64,000 bases of DNA from positions 124,001 through 188,000 of the forward strand of contig NW_026864381.1 of NCBI RefSeq assembly GCF_026571515.1, in the 5' to 3' direction. Of this stretch, positions 35,901-44,085 are shown piece by piece. Under the pieces are notes generated by a model. It was not told the origin of the DNA, did not search any database, and saw only the letters and a program-made list of their open reading frames with translations. Position 1 is the stretch's first letter, and every line of letters starts with the position of its first letter. The translations under genes were made by a program, and so were the position numbers. Source of the DNA: Ruditapes philippinarum (taxonomy: Eukaryota).

Positions 35901-37888
35901 CTTAATTGGAGAGGTAATGATATATCCAGTCTTGCTTTGATATAAAAAGAAAATGTTATAACTGTACAACTAATCAATTAAATAATGTTAAAACTAAAAA
36001 CAGTATATCTATTTATTAAAAACTAAAAACAGTATATTTATTTATAATTCATATTAAATAGACATATTAAGAACATCATATGATTATATATTTCCAGTCA
36101 TCATCAATGATAGCAACAGAGGATGATGCTGCCATGGCTCTACAAGTATCAAATGCTCTTACTCAGGCACTTTTGAAATACAGGCTACAGAATGTTCCTA
36201 AATCAGTAAGTATATATTTTTAGGTCTATTATTTTAATTTGCCCTATTGCTATCTGCTTTTGTCCGTCGTCGTGTGTTGTGTGTCCTGAGTTAACATTCT
36301 ATTTAACATTTTAAGCTTCTCTGGAACCACTGAACCAGTTTCAACCAAATTCAGCATAAAGCATCTATGGGTGAAGGGAAACAAAAATTGTGAAATCCAT
36401 GGCCCCTGTCCCCCCTGGGGCCTATGGGGTTGGGATAAAACTATAAAAATTTATGCAATCTTTAAAAAAATTTTTTTACTCCTGGGTATTTTAATTCTTT
36501 TTATAATTTAAAGAAATTGTAGGCCCTATTGCTGAGTGTAGTAACTGAATGTATTAGAAGGTTGACCTGTTCTTGTATTAATTAATAACAAGGAGGCAGT
36601 TTTTTTTATCTGTTGATAATACTGTGCTTGTAGTGATAATGATTTGTCTGTTATATAAAAGATTTTTATTAAGAGTTTGCTCTCTAAGTATTCACACAGT
36701 TTAATACGTAAACAGTGATTTATATATATTAATCATCTGAACACAAAGTAACAGAGTAATGGTGTCTTGATAATCATATGTATATATATATATAATAGAA
36801 AGTTAGATATTAAACAAAAAAATACTTCAAACAGAAAATTATTATTTAAGACAGGTACATCTTTTTAAATGCTACTTTTACATGAGGAATACTTATAATC
36901 ATAATTATAATTTAATTAATTACAGATGGCATCCTTGAAAGAGGCATTTGAGCCAATGTTAGAGCAGAGACCGGCTGAGCAAAGCATTCCTGGTCTTGGT
37001 GGTTCAAGTACAACATCAAGTAGTGTTCCGTCGTTCTTGCGTTCTTCTACAGATAGTGTCAGAAGTCCATTACAAGTGGCGTCCAACAGTAATACACCTG
37101 TATACCAGGCTTCAGTGTCAGCAACTGTACCAAACACAAGTAGTAATCTACCTTATTCCCAGCAGCAAAGTTATCCTACTGCATCGCAGCATCAACAATA
37201 CACTTCTTATACAGGCACTTCACAACCTGTCACATCAAACACAGGTCTTCAATCTTACCCTGCAGCAAGTTATGCATCTGTTTCAGCAGTATCTAACAGA
37301 GCAACGTCAAGTATATCGTCAGCCCCAGTTGGTGTTCCTGCCCCTCCACATGTATTAACAGCTGGTCAAAGTCAGAAGAAACCTGTGCCGAATACAGCAA
37401 ATATTGATCAACCACAGAAACTGTTATTAGAATCAATTAGACAACAGACAGAACTGTTAAAGAAGAAAATTCAGGCAGCAACTGTCAGTCAAGCTAGTCG
37501 TTCTTCAGTCAATGTTCAAAGTACGGATCAACATGTACCTGCATCAACTAGTACCTCCTTTTATCCTAATCCATATACAAATTATGCTACATCATCAGCC
37601 AGTCAGGCTACTTCATTGGCAGGTCATGTGACTTCATCAGCCAGTCAGTCTGGCTCACATTCTGGTCATGTGACTTCATCAGCCAATCCAGTACCAGCAA
37701 GTCAGTACAGCTCTCAATATTATCAATATAACTATCACTCGGCTCCACCAAATGCAGCACCTCAGACTGTGTCTCAGGTGCAGCCTCCGGTGCCTGTTCC
37801 TCAGGTTCAGCCACCTTTACCCACTGAACCTGCCCCACCGCTTCCAACAAATGACCTCCCACCTTTGAGACGGAAACACTACAGATAA
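5283..37888 (+). CDS. 18-exon gene, about 1415 aa: low-complexity protein with three matrin/U1-type C2H2 zinc fingers (ZFR-like fingers, no DZF), probably RNA-binding
   Basis: GT-AG exons 5283-5937, 6732-7354, 7983-8094, 9756-9946, 12288-12356, 16848-16872, 23760-23867, 24416-24555, 26067-26243, 26784-26865, 27641-27716, 28689-29030, 29895-30113, 30876-31109, 32463-32535, 34742-34792, 36098-36205, 36926-37888. Phases are compatible and the total of 4248 nt is one open frame. Fingers: CIYC-x12-H-x5-H, CPLCNVKCTGASAFKMHIEGRQH, and PLLGLEYVTE...CNMCESKCDGSTIIPHVIGLRHRLKY. Confidence 0.85.
6732..7354 (+). CDS. ZF gene exon 2: K/E-rich region and CxxC half of finger 1
   Basis: tttttcag acceptor, AAG|GTAAAT donor, in frame with ORF 6749. 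Confidence 0.88.
7983..8094 (+). CDS. ZF gene exon 3: His pair of finger 1 (AYHAHTRGLQH)
   Basis: ttttttacag acceptor, G|GTGAGA donor; completes the CX2CX12HX5H finger. Confidence 0.88.
8342..8681. mobile_element. Kolobok-type MITE
   Basis: TTAA flanks; imperfect TIRs agcagcacacctccagat / atctggaggcatggagct. Confidence 0.7.
9495..9735. mobile_element. Foldback MITE with arms of about 105 bp
   Basis: Near-perfect inverted repeat; same family at 34821-35055 and 18287-18365. Confidence 0.9.
9756..9946 (+). CDS. ZF gene exon 4, ending FVCP
   Basis: ttctctttattag acceptor, GTAAGT donor. Confidence 0.88.
10635..11923 (+). mobile_element. HINE with about 7 tandem copies of a 145-bp core
   Basis: 5' hairpin aaccaggttttcaacgaaaaccgggtt, GGCG microsatellite, units starting at 10713, 10857, 11002, 11147, 11292, 11437, 11582, 3' subTIR gttgaaaacctggtt, short hairpin, cttgtt end. 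Confidence 0.9.
12288..12356 (+). CDS. ZF gene exon 5: finger 2 (LCNVKCTGASAFKMHIEGRQHKS)
   Basis: Strong acceptor, GTAAGT donor, phase 0-0. Confidence 0.9.
16848..16872 (+). CDS. ZF gene exon 6: 25-nt micro-exon (NIEAAKQG)
   Basis: Long pyrimidine tract ending tttcag, GTGAGT donor; needed to bridge phase 0 to phase 1. Confidence 0.8.
17558..17976. mobile_element. hAT-superfamily MITE
   Basis: TIR TAGAGCTGTCAT / ATGACAGCTCTA; exact 8-bp TSD GTTGTCAA; ATCGAT subterminal repeats. Confidence 0.92.
18287..18365. mobile_element. Internally deleted copy of the foldback MITE
   Basis: Termini tgagccgtgtcacgacaaaacc ... gtgacgcggctca. Confidence 0.8.
19310..19660 (-). mobile_element. Palindromic non-autonomous element, same family as 55572-55920
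   Basis: Reverse-complement similarity (ttcagtattga...cactcgttcaatattctctattta; ggtattgcacagctgtgcata). Confidence 0.65.
20267..20500 (+). mobile_element. tRNA-derived SINE (family A), B-box region deleted
   Basis: A box gtggccgagtggttaagg; body matches the copy at 43070. Confidence 0.85.
20607..21585 (+). mobile_element. HINE with about 5 diverged cores of roughly 150-175 bp
   Basis: 5' hairpin, (GGCGTC)n, recurring cttggttaagttttt and ataactctgt, 3' gtcgagc plus hairpin gctgtccttctgacagc plus tcttgtt. Confidence 0.85.
21994..22589 (-). mobile_element. Internally deleted Tc1/mariner element with a C-terminal transposase fragment
   Basis: TIR tactaggacgaaaaagaaacgccgggta / tacccggcgtttctttttcatcctagta; TA flanks; WPAFSPDLSPIEHLW...GGHTRY at 22205 to about 22497. 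Confidence 0.93.
23760..23867 (+). CDS. ZF gene exon 7 (KIKKKKQ...NPAPLL)
   Basis: tttttacag acceptor, GTGAGA donor, phase 1-1. Confidence 0.85.
24416..24555 (+). CDS. ZF gene exon 8: ZFR-like finger 3
   Basis: Reads GLEYVTEFQKTDIKSPARYVCNMCESKCDGSTIIPHVIGLRHRLKYM; GTAAAT donor. Confidence 0.9.
25353..25665 (+). mobile_element. tRNA-derived CORE-like SINE (family B)
   Basis: A box tagtccagtgg, B box ggttcaaaacc, CORE-like ccttgagcaag...tgtaaatgggtacc, LINE-like tgtaaag tail. Confidence 0.8.
26067..26243 (+). CDS. ZF gene exon 9
   Basis: tttcag acceptor, AAG|GTTGGT donor, frame of ORF 26058. Confidence 0.85.
26784..26865 (+). CDS. ZF gene exon 10
   Basis: tttccaacag acceptor, GTAAGT donor. 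Confidence 0.85.
27249..27510. mobile_element. MITE (CTGTGAA...TTGCAG termini); degraded relative at about 14030-14245
   Basis: Imperfect TIRs; shared internal atcttaaatt.gt.gattgaccta..cac motif. Confidence 0.6.
27641..27716 (+). CDS. ZF gene exon 11 (contains PPYKKAKM, NLS-like)
   Basis: Strong acceptor, AG|GTAGAA donor, phase 1-2. Confidence 0.8.
28689..29030 (+). CDS. ZF gene exon 12: YDDARRPP-type octapeptide repeat
   Basis: Frame of ORF 28666; weak acceptor (gtcaag); AG|GTTAGA donor. Confidence 0.8.
29083..29349. mobile_element. Degenerate Tc1/pogo-type MITE
   Basis: Repeated gttataacg motifs; right end gtaacggggttgcagtgt. Confidence 0.55.
29895..30113 (+). CDS. ZF gene exon 13: R/D/E mixed-charge region
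   Basis: Frame of ORF 29836, phase 2-2. Confidence 0.82.
30876..31109 (+). CDS. ZF gene exon 14: PANxx pentapeptide repeats
   Basis: ttgttttag acceptor, GTATGA donor. Confidence 0.82.
31172..31748. mobile_element. piggyBac-type MITE
   Basis: TTAA|CCCATTAC ... GTAATGGG|TTAA. Confidence 0.8.
31955..32420 (-). mobile_element. 5'-truncated CR1/L2-group LINE 3' end
   Basis: Minus strand reads MHIPKPTTEYFRKSLDYSGSKIWNDIPIYIRNSDTLKKFQ (ORF2 C-terminus-like), then a 3'UTR, AATAAA and a (TTAC)n tail. Confidence 0.8.
32463..32535 (+). CDS. ZF gene exon 15
   Basis: atttcag acceptor, CAG|GTTTGT donor; reads LSEHKSSNPNIAARQEQAAEALKQ. Confidence 0.82.
32561..34060 (+). mobile_element. Family A SINE split by a HINE insertion (head 32561-32630, body 33892-34060)
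   Basis: Head carries the A/B boxes; the body resumes at catgttaggaaacaatccagct directly after the HINE. Confidence 0.8.
32632..33891 (+). mobile_element. HINE with about 6 copies of a 161-172 bp core
   Basis: 5' hairpin tatcccccgccg...gggggata, (GTCC)n, recurring ttctctgcaactactggctggaattcaa, 3' subTIR cggcgggggata, hairpin aaattcaacgaattt, cttgtt. Confidence 0.92.
34742..34792 (+). CDS. ZF gene exon 16
   Basis: tttttgcag acceptor, GTAAGA donor; reads EAAKNPHVNIAEIMTNL. Confidence 0.85.
34821..35055. mobile_element. Foldback MITE (same family as 9495-9735)
   Basis: Inverted arms of about 100 bp. Confidence 0.9.
35234..35515. mobile_element. piggyBac-type MITE with a TAA-rich interior
   Basis: TTAA|CCCTTTCACTGCCA ... 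TGGCAGCGAAAGGG|TTAA. Confidence 0.85.
35520..35693. mobile_element. Short TTAA-type MITE; related fragments near 7470, 19850, 25060, 52720, 58690 and 60120
   Basis: cctttaac ... gttaaagg ends; internal cagtgcagac...gtctgcactg palindrome. Confidence 0.55.
36098..36205 (+). CDS. ZF gene exon 17: amphipathic helical segment
   Basis: tttccag acceptor, GTAAGT donor; reads SSSMIATEDDAAMALQVSNALTQALLKYRLQNVPKS. Confidence 0.87.
36926..37888 (+). CDS. ZF gene exon 18 (last): S/Q/P/Y-rich tail
   Basis: ttacag acceptor directly before the 320-aa ORF; TAA stop. Confidence 0.88.
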   Translation: MASLKEAFEPMLEQRPAEQSIPGLGGSSTTSSSVPSFLRSSTDSVRSPLQVASNSNTPVYQASVSATVPNTSSNLPYSQQQSYPTASQHQQYTSYTGTSQPVTSNTGLQSYPAASYASVSAVSNRATSSISSAPVGVPAPPHVLTAGQSQKKPVPNTANIDQPQKLLLESIRQQTELLKKKIQAATVSQASRSSVNVQSTDQHVPASTSTSFYPNPYTNYATSSASQATSLAGHVTSSASQSGSHSGHVTSSANPVPASQYSSQYYQYNYHSAPPNAAPQTVSQVQPPVPVPQVQPPLPTEPAPPLPTNDLPPLRRKHYR

Positions 37889-38189
37889 AGTATGGCATCA
37901 TCACTGTTCAGTGTAAATATCCATAAAACAATTTAATATTGTTTATGATACTGTTATTAAAATAATTCAGGGCAGATGGAACTGTCAGTGATAGAAGAAA
38001 AAGGTGTAAATTTCATTCTAAGACTGAAAACAAAACATGATCATACTTATCATTTTTAAGTCTTAGTAAAGTAATAAATATCTTGAGAGTTATATATATA
38101 TATATATATTTAGATTTATATTTTTAACTATCAAAAGAGTTCATTTTGTATATACCTTTTTGTGAATATTGACTGTTATTCTTTATATA

Positions 38190-39171
38190 CGATGCTGTCC
38201 GGTAATCTTGCGCACCTAAACACTTATCGGCTAATTTACTACAATTCAAATAAATACAAAATAATCAAAATTATTTTCCTATTTGCAAAAATCATAAAGA
38301 CATATAATGACACAAATATTTTTTGGAAATAACTCAATTAACTGCAGACTTGCAACAATGTAAACACTTACCACCATGTTTAATCCCAACATTCAATTGT
38401 CCGGTGATCTTGCGCATGTATTATGAATGACGTATTGGTAGCTTGTTTTTAAAGTATGGTGTCCAAGTAGTACTATCAATATAAATTTTGTGAGCCCAAT
38501 TAATGAAAAGTTAATTTAAACTGTTCAAACAAAACTGTAACACAAACTTATTTACATCAAGGGTTTGTTATTTTACTGTTCACTACTAGATCTACACCTG
38601 GGACACCTGAAATCATCACTACCAGTCAATGTCTCAATTTCCGTACATAATTTCAGATGCATTGACTACACACCCCCAGTTAACAAATTAAATGCTCTTG
38701 TGTAGACCCTTTTACGCTTCCGTAAAAAAAATGAAAAGCGCGGGAGGGGCTTTCCATTGTGACAAGATGGCGGGAATCGGCAGGAGATAACAACTGCACA
38801 CCTTTATTTGCAAAGGGAAAAAAAAGGAAATTTACAACGTTTTATCGGTTCAATACTGTTTTAAAATGTGTGATATTGATTGTCATTCTTGCTGGACGTA
38901 AAATTTTGGAACTGATTGAATAGACAGGAATATAATGGGAAAATAGGTCAGTGGGCGTGTTTATGAATAAATAATTAGGATGACGAAATAATGTAAACAA
39001 ACATGTTTGACAGATATTTTTTTAACTTTCTTACCTTGTTATAACTCAAAGTAAGTCCAAGTCACAAATTTTGGCTGAAAAATTCTAGCGACAGCATAAA
39101 CAAACAACCAAACGAAAGGAAATTCCAAGTGCGCAAGATCACCGGCCGCGCAAGATCACCGGACATGACTG
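38190..39171. mobile_element. Tc1/pogo-type MITE downstream of the ZF gene stop codon
   Basis: TA flanks; TIR core tgtccggtaatcttgcgc / gcgcaagatcaccggaca; internal copy of the motif at 38398. Confidence 0.8.
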
Positions 39172-39875
39172 TAGTAGGGAGAAATAATTACATAATTTAC
39201 ATGCATGAAGCATAAATATTACAATATTTTGATTCTCGCATTCTGTGTTCTTACGACATTGTAAACTATTATTCATGACAGAAATCGCCAATGCTGCTGC
39301 TAACATTTCTAGAAAATCACAACATTTTAAAGTATTGTTAAATATTTTAAATATAAAATAAATTTATTTTTTGGTGTTTTAACATTTTTTGAAAATTGTT
39401 AACTACTTTAGTTTGATTTGAAATCTGTAATATGTAATATGTCTGAACTACTTAATATTTACACTGTTGTTTTTTTTACAAGTTTTGTTATGAATGATAC
39501 AGGTATTATTTCATGGTTGAACTCTGATTTATCACAGTGAGTGATATAAGTAATAATCAAATGATAATTTTTTCTTGATAATTTTTTTTAATGCAGCGAG
39601 GGACAAATTTATACACAGTGATTGATATAAGTAATATTTCGGATGAAAGTTTTTTGTGCTTTTACTATAACTTCTTTATTTTTCAAAATGTTTACTTCAA
39701 ATTTCAAATTATATTTCTTATCACCACCCATGTTATATGTGTTAAGGTTCATAAATCTAACACCAATAATATCAGAATTATCTCCCCCTATAATGTACAT
39801 TTTACTTTAAAATTTTGTTTTCTCTTAATTTTTTCATTTCTTCAGTGATTTACTTTAAATACATGTTCCTCATTA

Positions 39876-40550
39876 CAGTGTAACTTCCGAATTCCGGAAC
39901 TTCTGAAATCCGGAAACTTCTAAAAACCGAACAATTTTTTCGGTCCCGATTTTTCCCTTCTATTTTCTATTAATATAATACTTCTGAATTCCGGAACTTC
40001 TAAATTCTGAATTCCGGACGATATTTTCGAAAAATTAGAGTCAAATCAAGGCAATTTTACCTCCAAATACCGGAAATATCCAAAGGTGTGAAATACATTG
40101 GAAACCCTGCAGGAAGATTTAATCTCCCTATCGATTGTTTACTAATTAGCGGTGATCGTGTAATTTGACACGCGTTAAAATCACAAACTAAAATGGTATG
40201 TTTCAAGTGATGCGGTTAGTCAAAGTAATTTACGGCGGTCAGTTAATTTGAAGTGTTTATTAGCGGATTAAATGACAATTAATGGGACAATGTATGCATC
40301 AAACGTCTTTAGGGATTTTATTGCATTTGATGTAATAATTAATTAACTAGCATCGGACGATATGTAAGTTTATGCAATTAACAACATTTTTACAAACTGA
40401 TATGATATTACAGTAATGGCCACATCGTCCTTAACATTTAGTGATATTAAGTCTTGTCCACATTATCATAAACCTCTGAATTCCGGAAACCTCTGAAATC
40501 CGAACTTTTTGACAAGTCCCATGGGTGTTCGGTTTTCGGAAGTTACACTG
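39876..40550. mobile_element. pogo/Tigger-like MITE
   Basis: TA|CAGTGTAACTTCCGAA ... TTCGGAAGTTACACTG|TA; repeated ctgaattccggaa motifs. Confidence 0.92.
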
Positions 40551-41791
40551 TATAATGTTATGGTTGGTATCTCCAGCACCAATATTTCAAGTTTTATCTC
40601 CCCTACAGAATTAAGAGTTTTTATCGTTTAGTCTTAACATCATTATTTCTTATGAGAGATTTACTTTAAAATGAAAAATACATAAATAATTATGATCCTC
40701 ATCATCACTCACATCATATGTGGTAAGGTTCATATTTCCTTTTTGAACTCGGAATTTACTTGAAAATTGTTATTGTTTTACTGTTATCTTCTTTATTCCA
40801 AATGGTATCTTCTTGCAATATAATTGTTCCATTTTATCACTGTCATCATGCATGTAAAGGTGCAATTATCTATATTCTATACAAGAATGTTAAATGTTTT
40901 AGGCATAGTGTTCTTACATTAATGTTTTTATAATGAATTTTGTTTATGTTTTGAACCTGTAAAATATAGGTATTTTTCAAAACTAGTTTAACCTACAGAT
41001 ATACAGAATGTACAAAATTAATATTGTACAAGTTGCTTGAGTTTATTATTTTGATAGTCAACATATGTTTTACAATATAAAATATTCTTTCAATTTGTAA
41101 GTACGATATTGCCTCATTGATTGTGTGCCACTATTTATAGAACATAGAGAGAGGATTATACTTATTAAGGTTGTTTTGTTCTATTTGTATCATAATGTAC
41201 AAACATGGACATTTGACGCCCCATGTCATATATGCAGCTCTGATATCACATCCTATCCATTAAAATGTTTGCTAGGACATTGTATGCAAATGATAAAGCT
41301 TTAATATTCATGACATCAACCGGGCACTAAATTGGTGGATTGAAAGATGGGCAATTCCCTTTAAAATATTCAACACAGTGAGGATTAATATCAGAAAGGT
41401 GGGTCAGGATGTTCCTGAGTTATTACTAACTGTTTTATGTTAATATTTTGTTTAATTCAAAAACATTATATATGTACATTGAAAGGCAAGTGATAATTCT
41501 ACTGTATATTTCTTAGAATTATGAGAAAGTTTGACAGTTAACTGTAAAATCAGAAATTTAGCAAGGGATTAAAACTCACAAATTAAAGATTTTTGTGGAA
41601 ACAAATGTTTGCTATATATTTTATGAATGTATCTGATAAAAGTAGAAACTTGGGAAAATTTTAACCTGGCTAATTTGTCTCCAAGATGTTGATTAAAACA
41701 CAGTAAGGAAAAATTGGGTATCAAATGTCCATGGATCTGTCATCTGCTTTATCTCTTGTACTGTAGGGTTAAATGTGTAATATTCTTATGT

Positions 41792-41860
41792 AATAAAAAT
41801 TATGATGTTTTCAGATGTGAATTAAAATGTTAAGACTAAATTTATTGTGTTTAGTTTCTT
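41792..41860 (+). terminator. Candidate distal poly(A) region of the ZF gene
   Basis: AATAAA (41792) and ATTAAA (41821) followed by GT-rich TTTATTGTGTTTAGTTTCTT, just before a TE cluster. Earlier signals also exist. Confidence 0.3.
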
Positions 41861-41886
41861 ATGATTTTCATTCAACGTTAGAGGCC

Positions 41887-42995
41887 TTTTTAGCTCACCT
41901 GTCACAAAGTGACAGGGTGAGCTTTTGTGATCGCTTTTCGTCCGTCGTCCGTCCGTCCGTAAACTTTTGCTTTAAATGACATCTCCTCATAAACCACTGT
42001 GCCAATTTCATCCAAACTTCACAGGAATGTTCCTTTGGTGGTCACCTTTAAAAATTGTTCAAAGAATTTAATTCCATGCAGAACTCTGGTTGCCATGGCA
42101 ACCAATAGTAAAAACTTAAAAAAATCTTCTTTTAAAGAACCCAAAGAGCTAGAGCTAAGATATTTAGCATGAAACATGTTCTAATGGGTGTCTACCAAGT
42201 TTGTTCAAATAAAAGCCCTGGGGTCAAAATTGGCCCCGCCCCTGGGGGTCATTGATTTTCCCTATATGCATATAGTAAAAACTTAAAAAATCTTCTTTTA
42301 AAGAACCGTAAGAGCTAGAGCTTAGATATTTGGCATGAAACATCTTCTAGTGAATGTCTACCAAGTTTGTTCAAATAAAAGCCCTGGGGTCAAAATTGGC
42401 CCCGCCCCAGGGGGTCATTGATTTTCCCTATATGCATATAGTAAAAACTTAAAAATCTTCTTTTAAAGAACCCAAAGAGCTAGAGCTAAGATATTAAGCA
42501 TGAAACATCTTCTAGTGAGTGTCTACCAAGTTTGTTCAAATTAAAGCCCTGGGGTCAAAATTGGCCCCGCCCCGGGGGTCATTGATTTTCCCTATATGCG
42601 TATAGTAAAAACTTAAAAAATCTTCTTTTAAAGAACCATAAGAGCTAGAGCTTAGATATTTGGCATGAAACATCTTCTAGTGAATGTCTACCAAGTTTGT
42701 TCAAATAAAAGCCCTGGGGTCAAAATTGACCCCGCCCCAGGGGGTCATAGATTTTCCCTATATGCATATAGTAAAAACTTAAAAAATCTTCTTTTAAAGA
42801 ACCCAAAGAGCTAGAGCTAAGATATTTAGCATGAAACATCTTCTAATGAGTATCTACCAAGTTTGTTTAAATAAAAGCCCTGGGGTCAAAATTGGCCCTG
42901 CCCCAGGGGGTCATTGATTTTCCCTATATGCATATAGTAAAAACTTAAAAAATCTTCTTTTAAAGAACTCAAAGAGCTAGAGCTAAGATATTTAA
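41887..42995 (+). mobile_element. 3'-truncated HINE with about 5.5 copies of a 165-166 bp core
   Basis: Hairpin agctcacctgtcacaaagtgacagggtgagct, (GTCC)n, repeats at 42135, 42301, 42466, 42631, 42797, 42963. Confidence 0.9.
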
Positions 42996-43069
42996 AACAT
43001 GGCTGTGGTAATGTATAAGGTGGTAACCATTCAACAATCATTTGATTTATCTGTATTAAATACCAGAAC

Positions 43070-43312
43070 GGGGCGTCGGTGGCCAAGTGGTTAAGGTCGT
43101 TGACTTCAAACCACTTACCCCTCACCGCTGTGGGTTCGAATCCCGACAGGGACTTTGGATTTTTTCATGTGAGGAAGCTATCCAGCTAGCTTATGGAACG
43201 TCGGTGGTTCTACTTAGGTGCTTGTTCGTGCCTGAAATAATGCACGGAAGGGCACCTGAGGTCTTCCTTGGGACGTCACAATATGACCTATACTGCATTG
43301 ATGTGACGTAAA
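43070..43312 (+). mobile_element. tRNA-derived SINE (family A, V-domain-like), intact Pol III boxes
   Basis: A box TGGCCAAGTGG, B box GGTTCGAATCC. Confidence 0.9.
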
Positions 43313-43331
43313 CCCCCCCCCCCCCATTAAA

Positions 43332-43852
43332 TAACAAGAGCCATGTCAACATGGCCATCCCTCGCCGAATGTGTTTGCTCATTGGAAGAATATATATGTA
43401 GTAGAGCAGAATAATTCAATTTTAAGAGGTCTTTTGGTAATGAAAACTGATGGCTGAAGTGATTACAGATTTGAAACCTATGTGAATACTGATGGCTGAA
43501 AATAACAAAGGGCAATAACTGAAAAATAATGCAGGGTAAGTTATCATTCTTGTGTGCTGCACTCCTCCTCAATGAGATCTATCCACCTATGAAGTTTCAA
43601 GTTGATATCTCAAAGGCTTTTATAGTTATGCTCTGGACAAAAATTAAGCATGAAAAATAACAAAGGGCAATAACTGAAAAATTATGCAGGGTAGAGTTAT
43701 CATTCTTGTGCACTGCACTCCTCCTCAATATGATCTATCCACCTATGAAGTTTAAAGTCGATACCTCAAATACTCCGGACAATAATGTCTGACGGACAGA
43801 AGGACGGACGGAGACTATTTCTTTATCCCCCGCCACCTTTCGGTGAGGGATA
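43332..43852 (-). mobile_element. HINE with 2 core copies
   Basis: aacaag plus hairpin gccatgtcaacatggc; duplicated aaataacaaagggcaataactg; GACG microsatellite; hairpin tatcccccgcc...gggata. Confidence 0.85.
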
Positions 43853-44079
43853 AAAAAAAAACAAAACAGAACAAAATCTGGTAAGATACCTTATTTTCAT
43901 TTTGAATAAAATGTAGAGGAATCAATAATTAAGGTGTGTTCAGTTTTATTTTGCCATGATTTTGCAGATCTTCTCATATAGGTGGGAAAACCTACCTTCA
44001 TAATGGTAACCATTGAGTAGAAAGATATCGTAAAAGTAAATTAAAGAAAATACAAACAAATAGAACAGTTGTAAGTGTT

Positions 44080-44085
44080 TTTATT
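44080..44085 (-). terminator. Candidate poly(A) signal of the RhoGAP gene (implies a 3'UTR of about 3.9 kb)
   Basis: Minus-strand AATAAA followed by a U/GU-rich tract (CTGTTCTATTTGTTTGTATTTTCTTT), at the edge of a largely TE-free stretch. Confidence 0.45.

Noticed and set aside
5283-37888. Calling the plus-strand gene ZFR
   Set aside because: The fingers resemble ZFR, but no DZF domain is encoded and the C-terminal half is unrelated, so the symbol is withheld.
43070-43150. tRNA gene
   Set aside because: The A/B boxes run straight into a SINE body found several times in the window, so this is a SINE head. The same applies at 25353.
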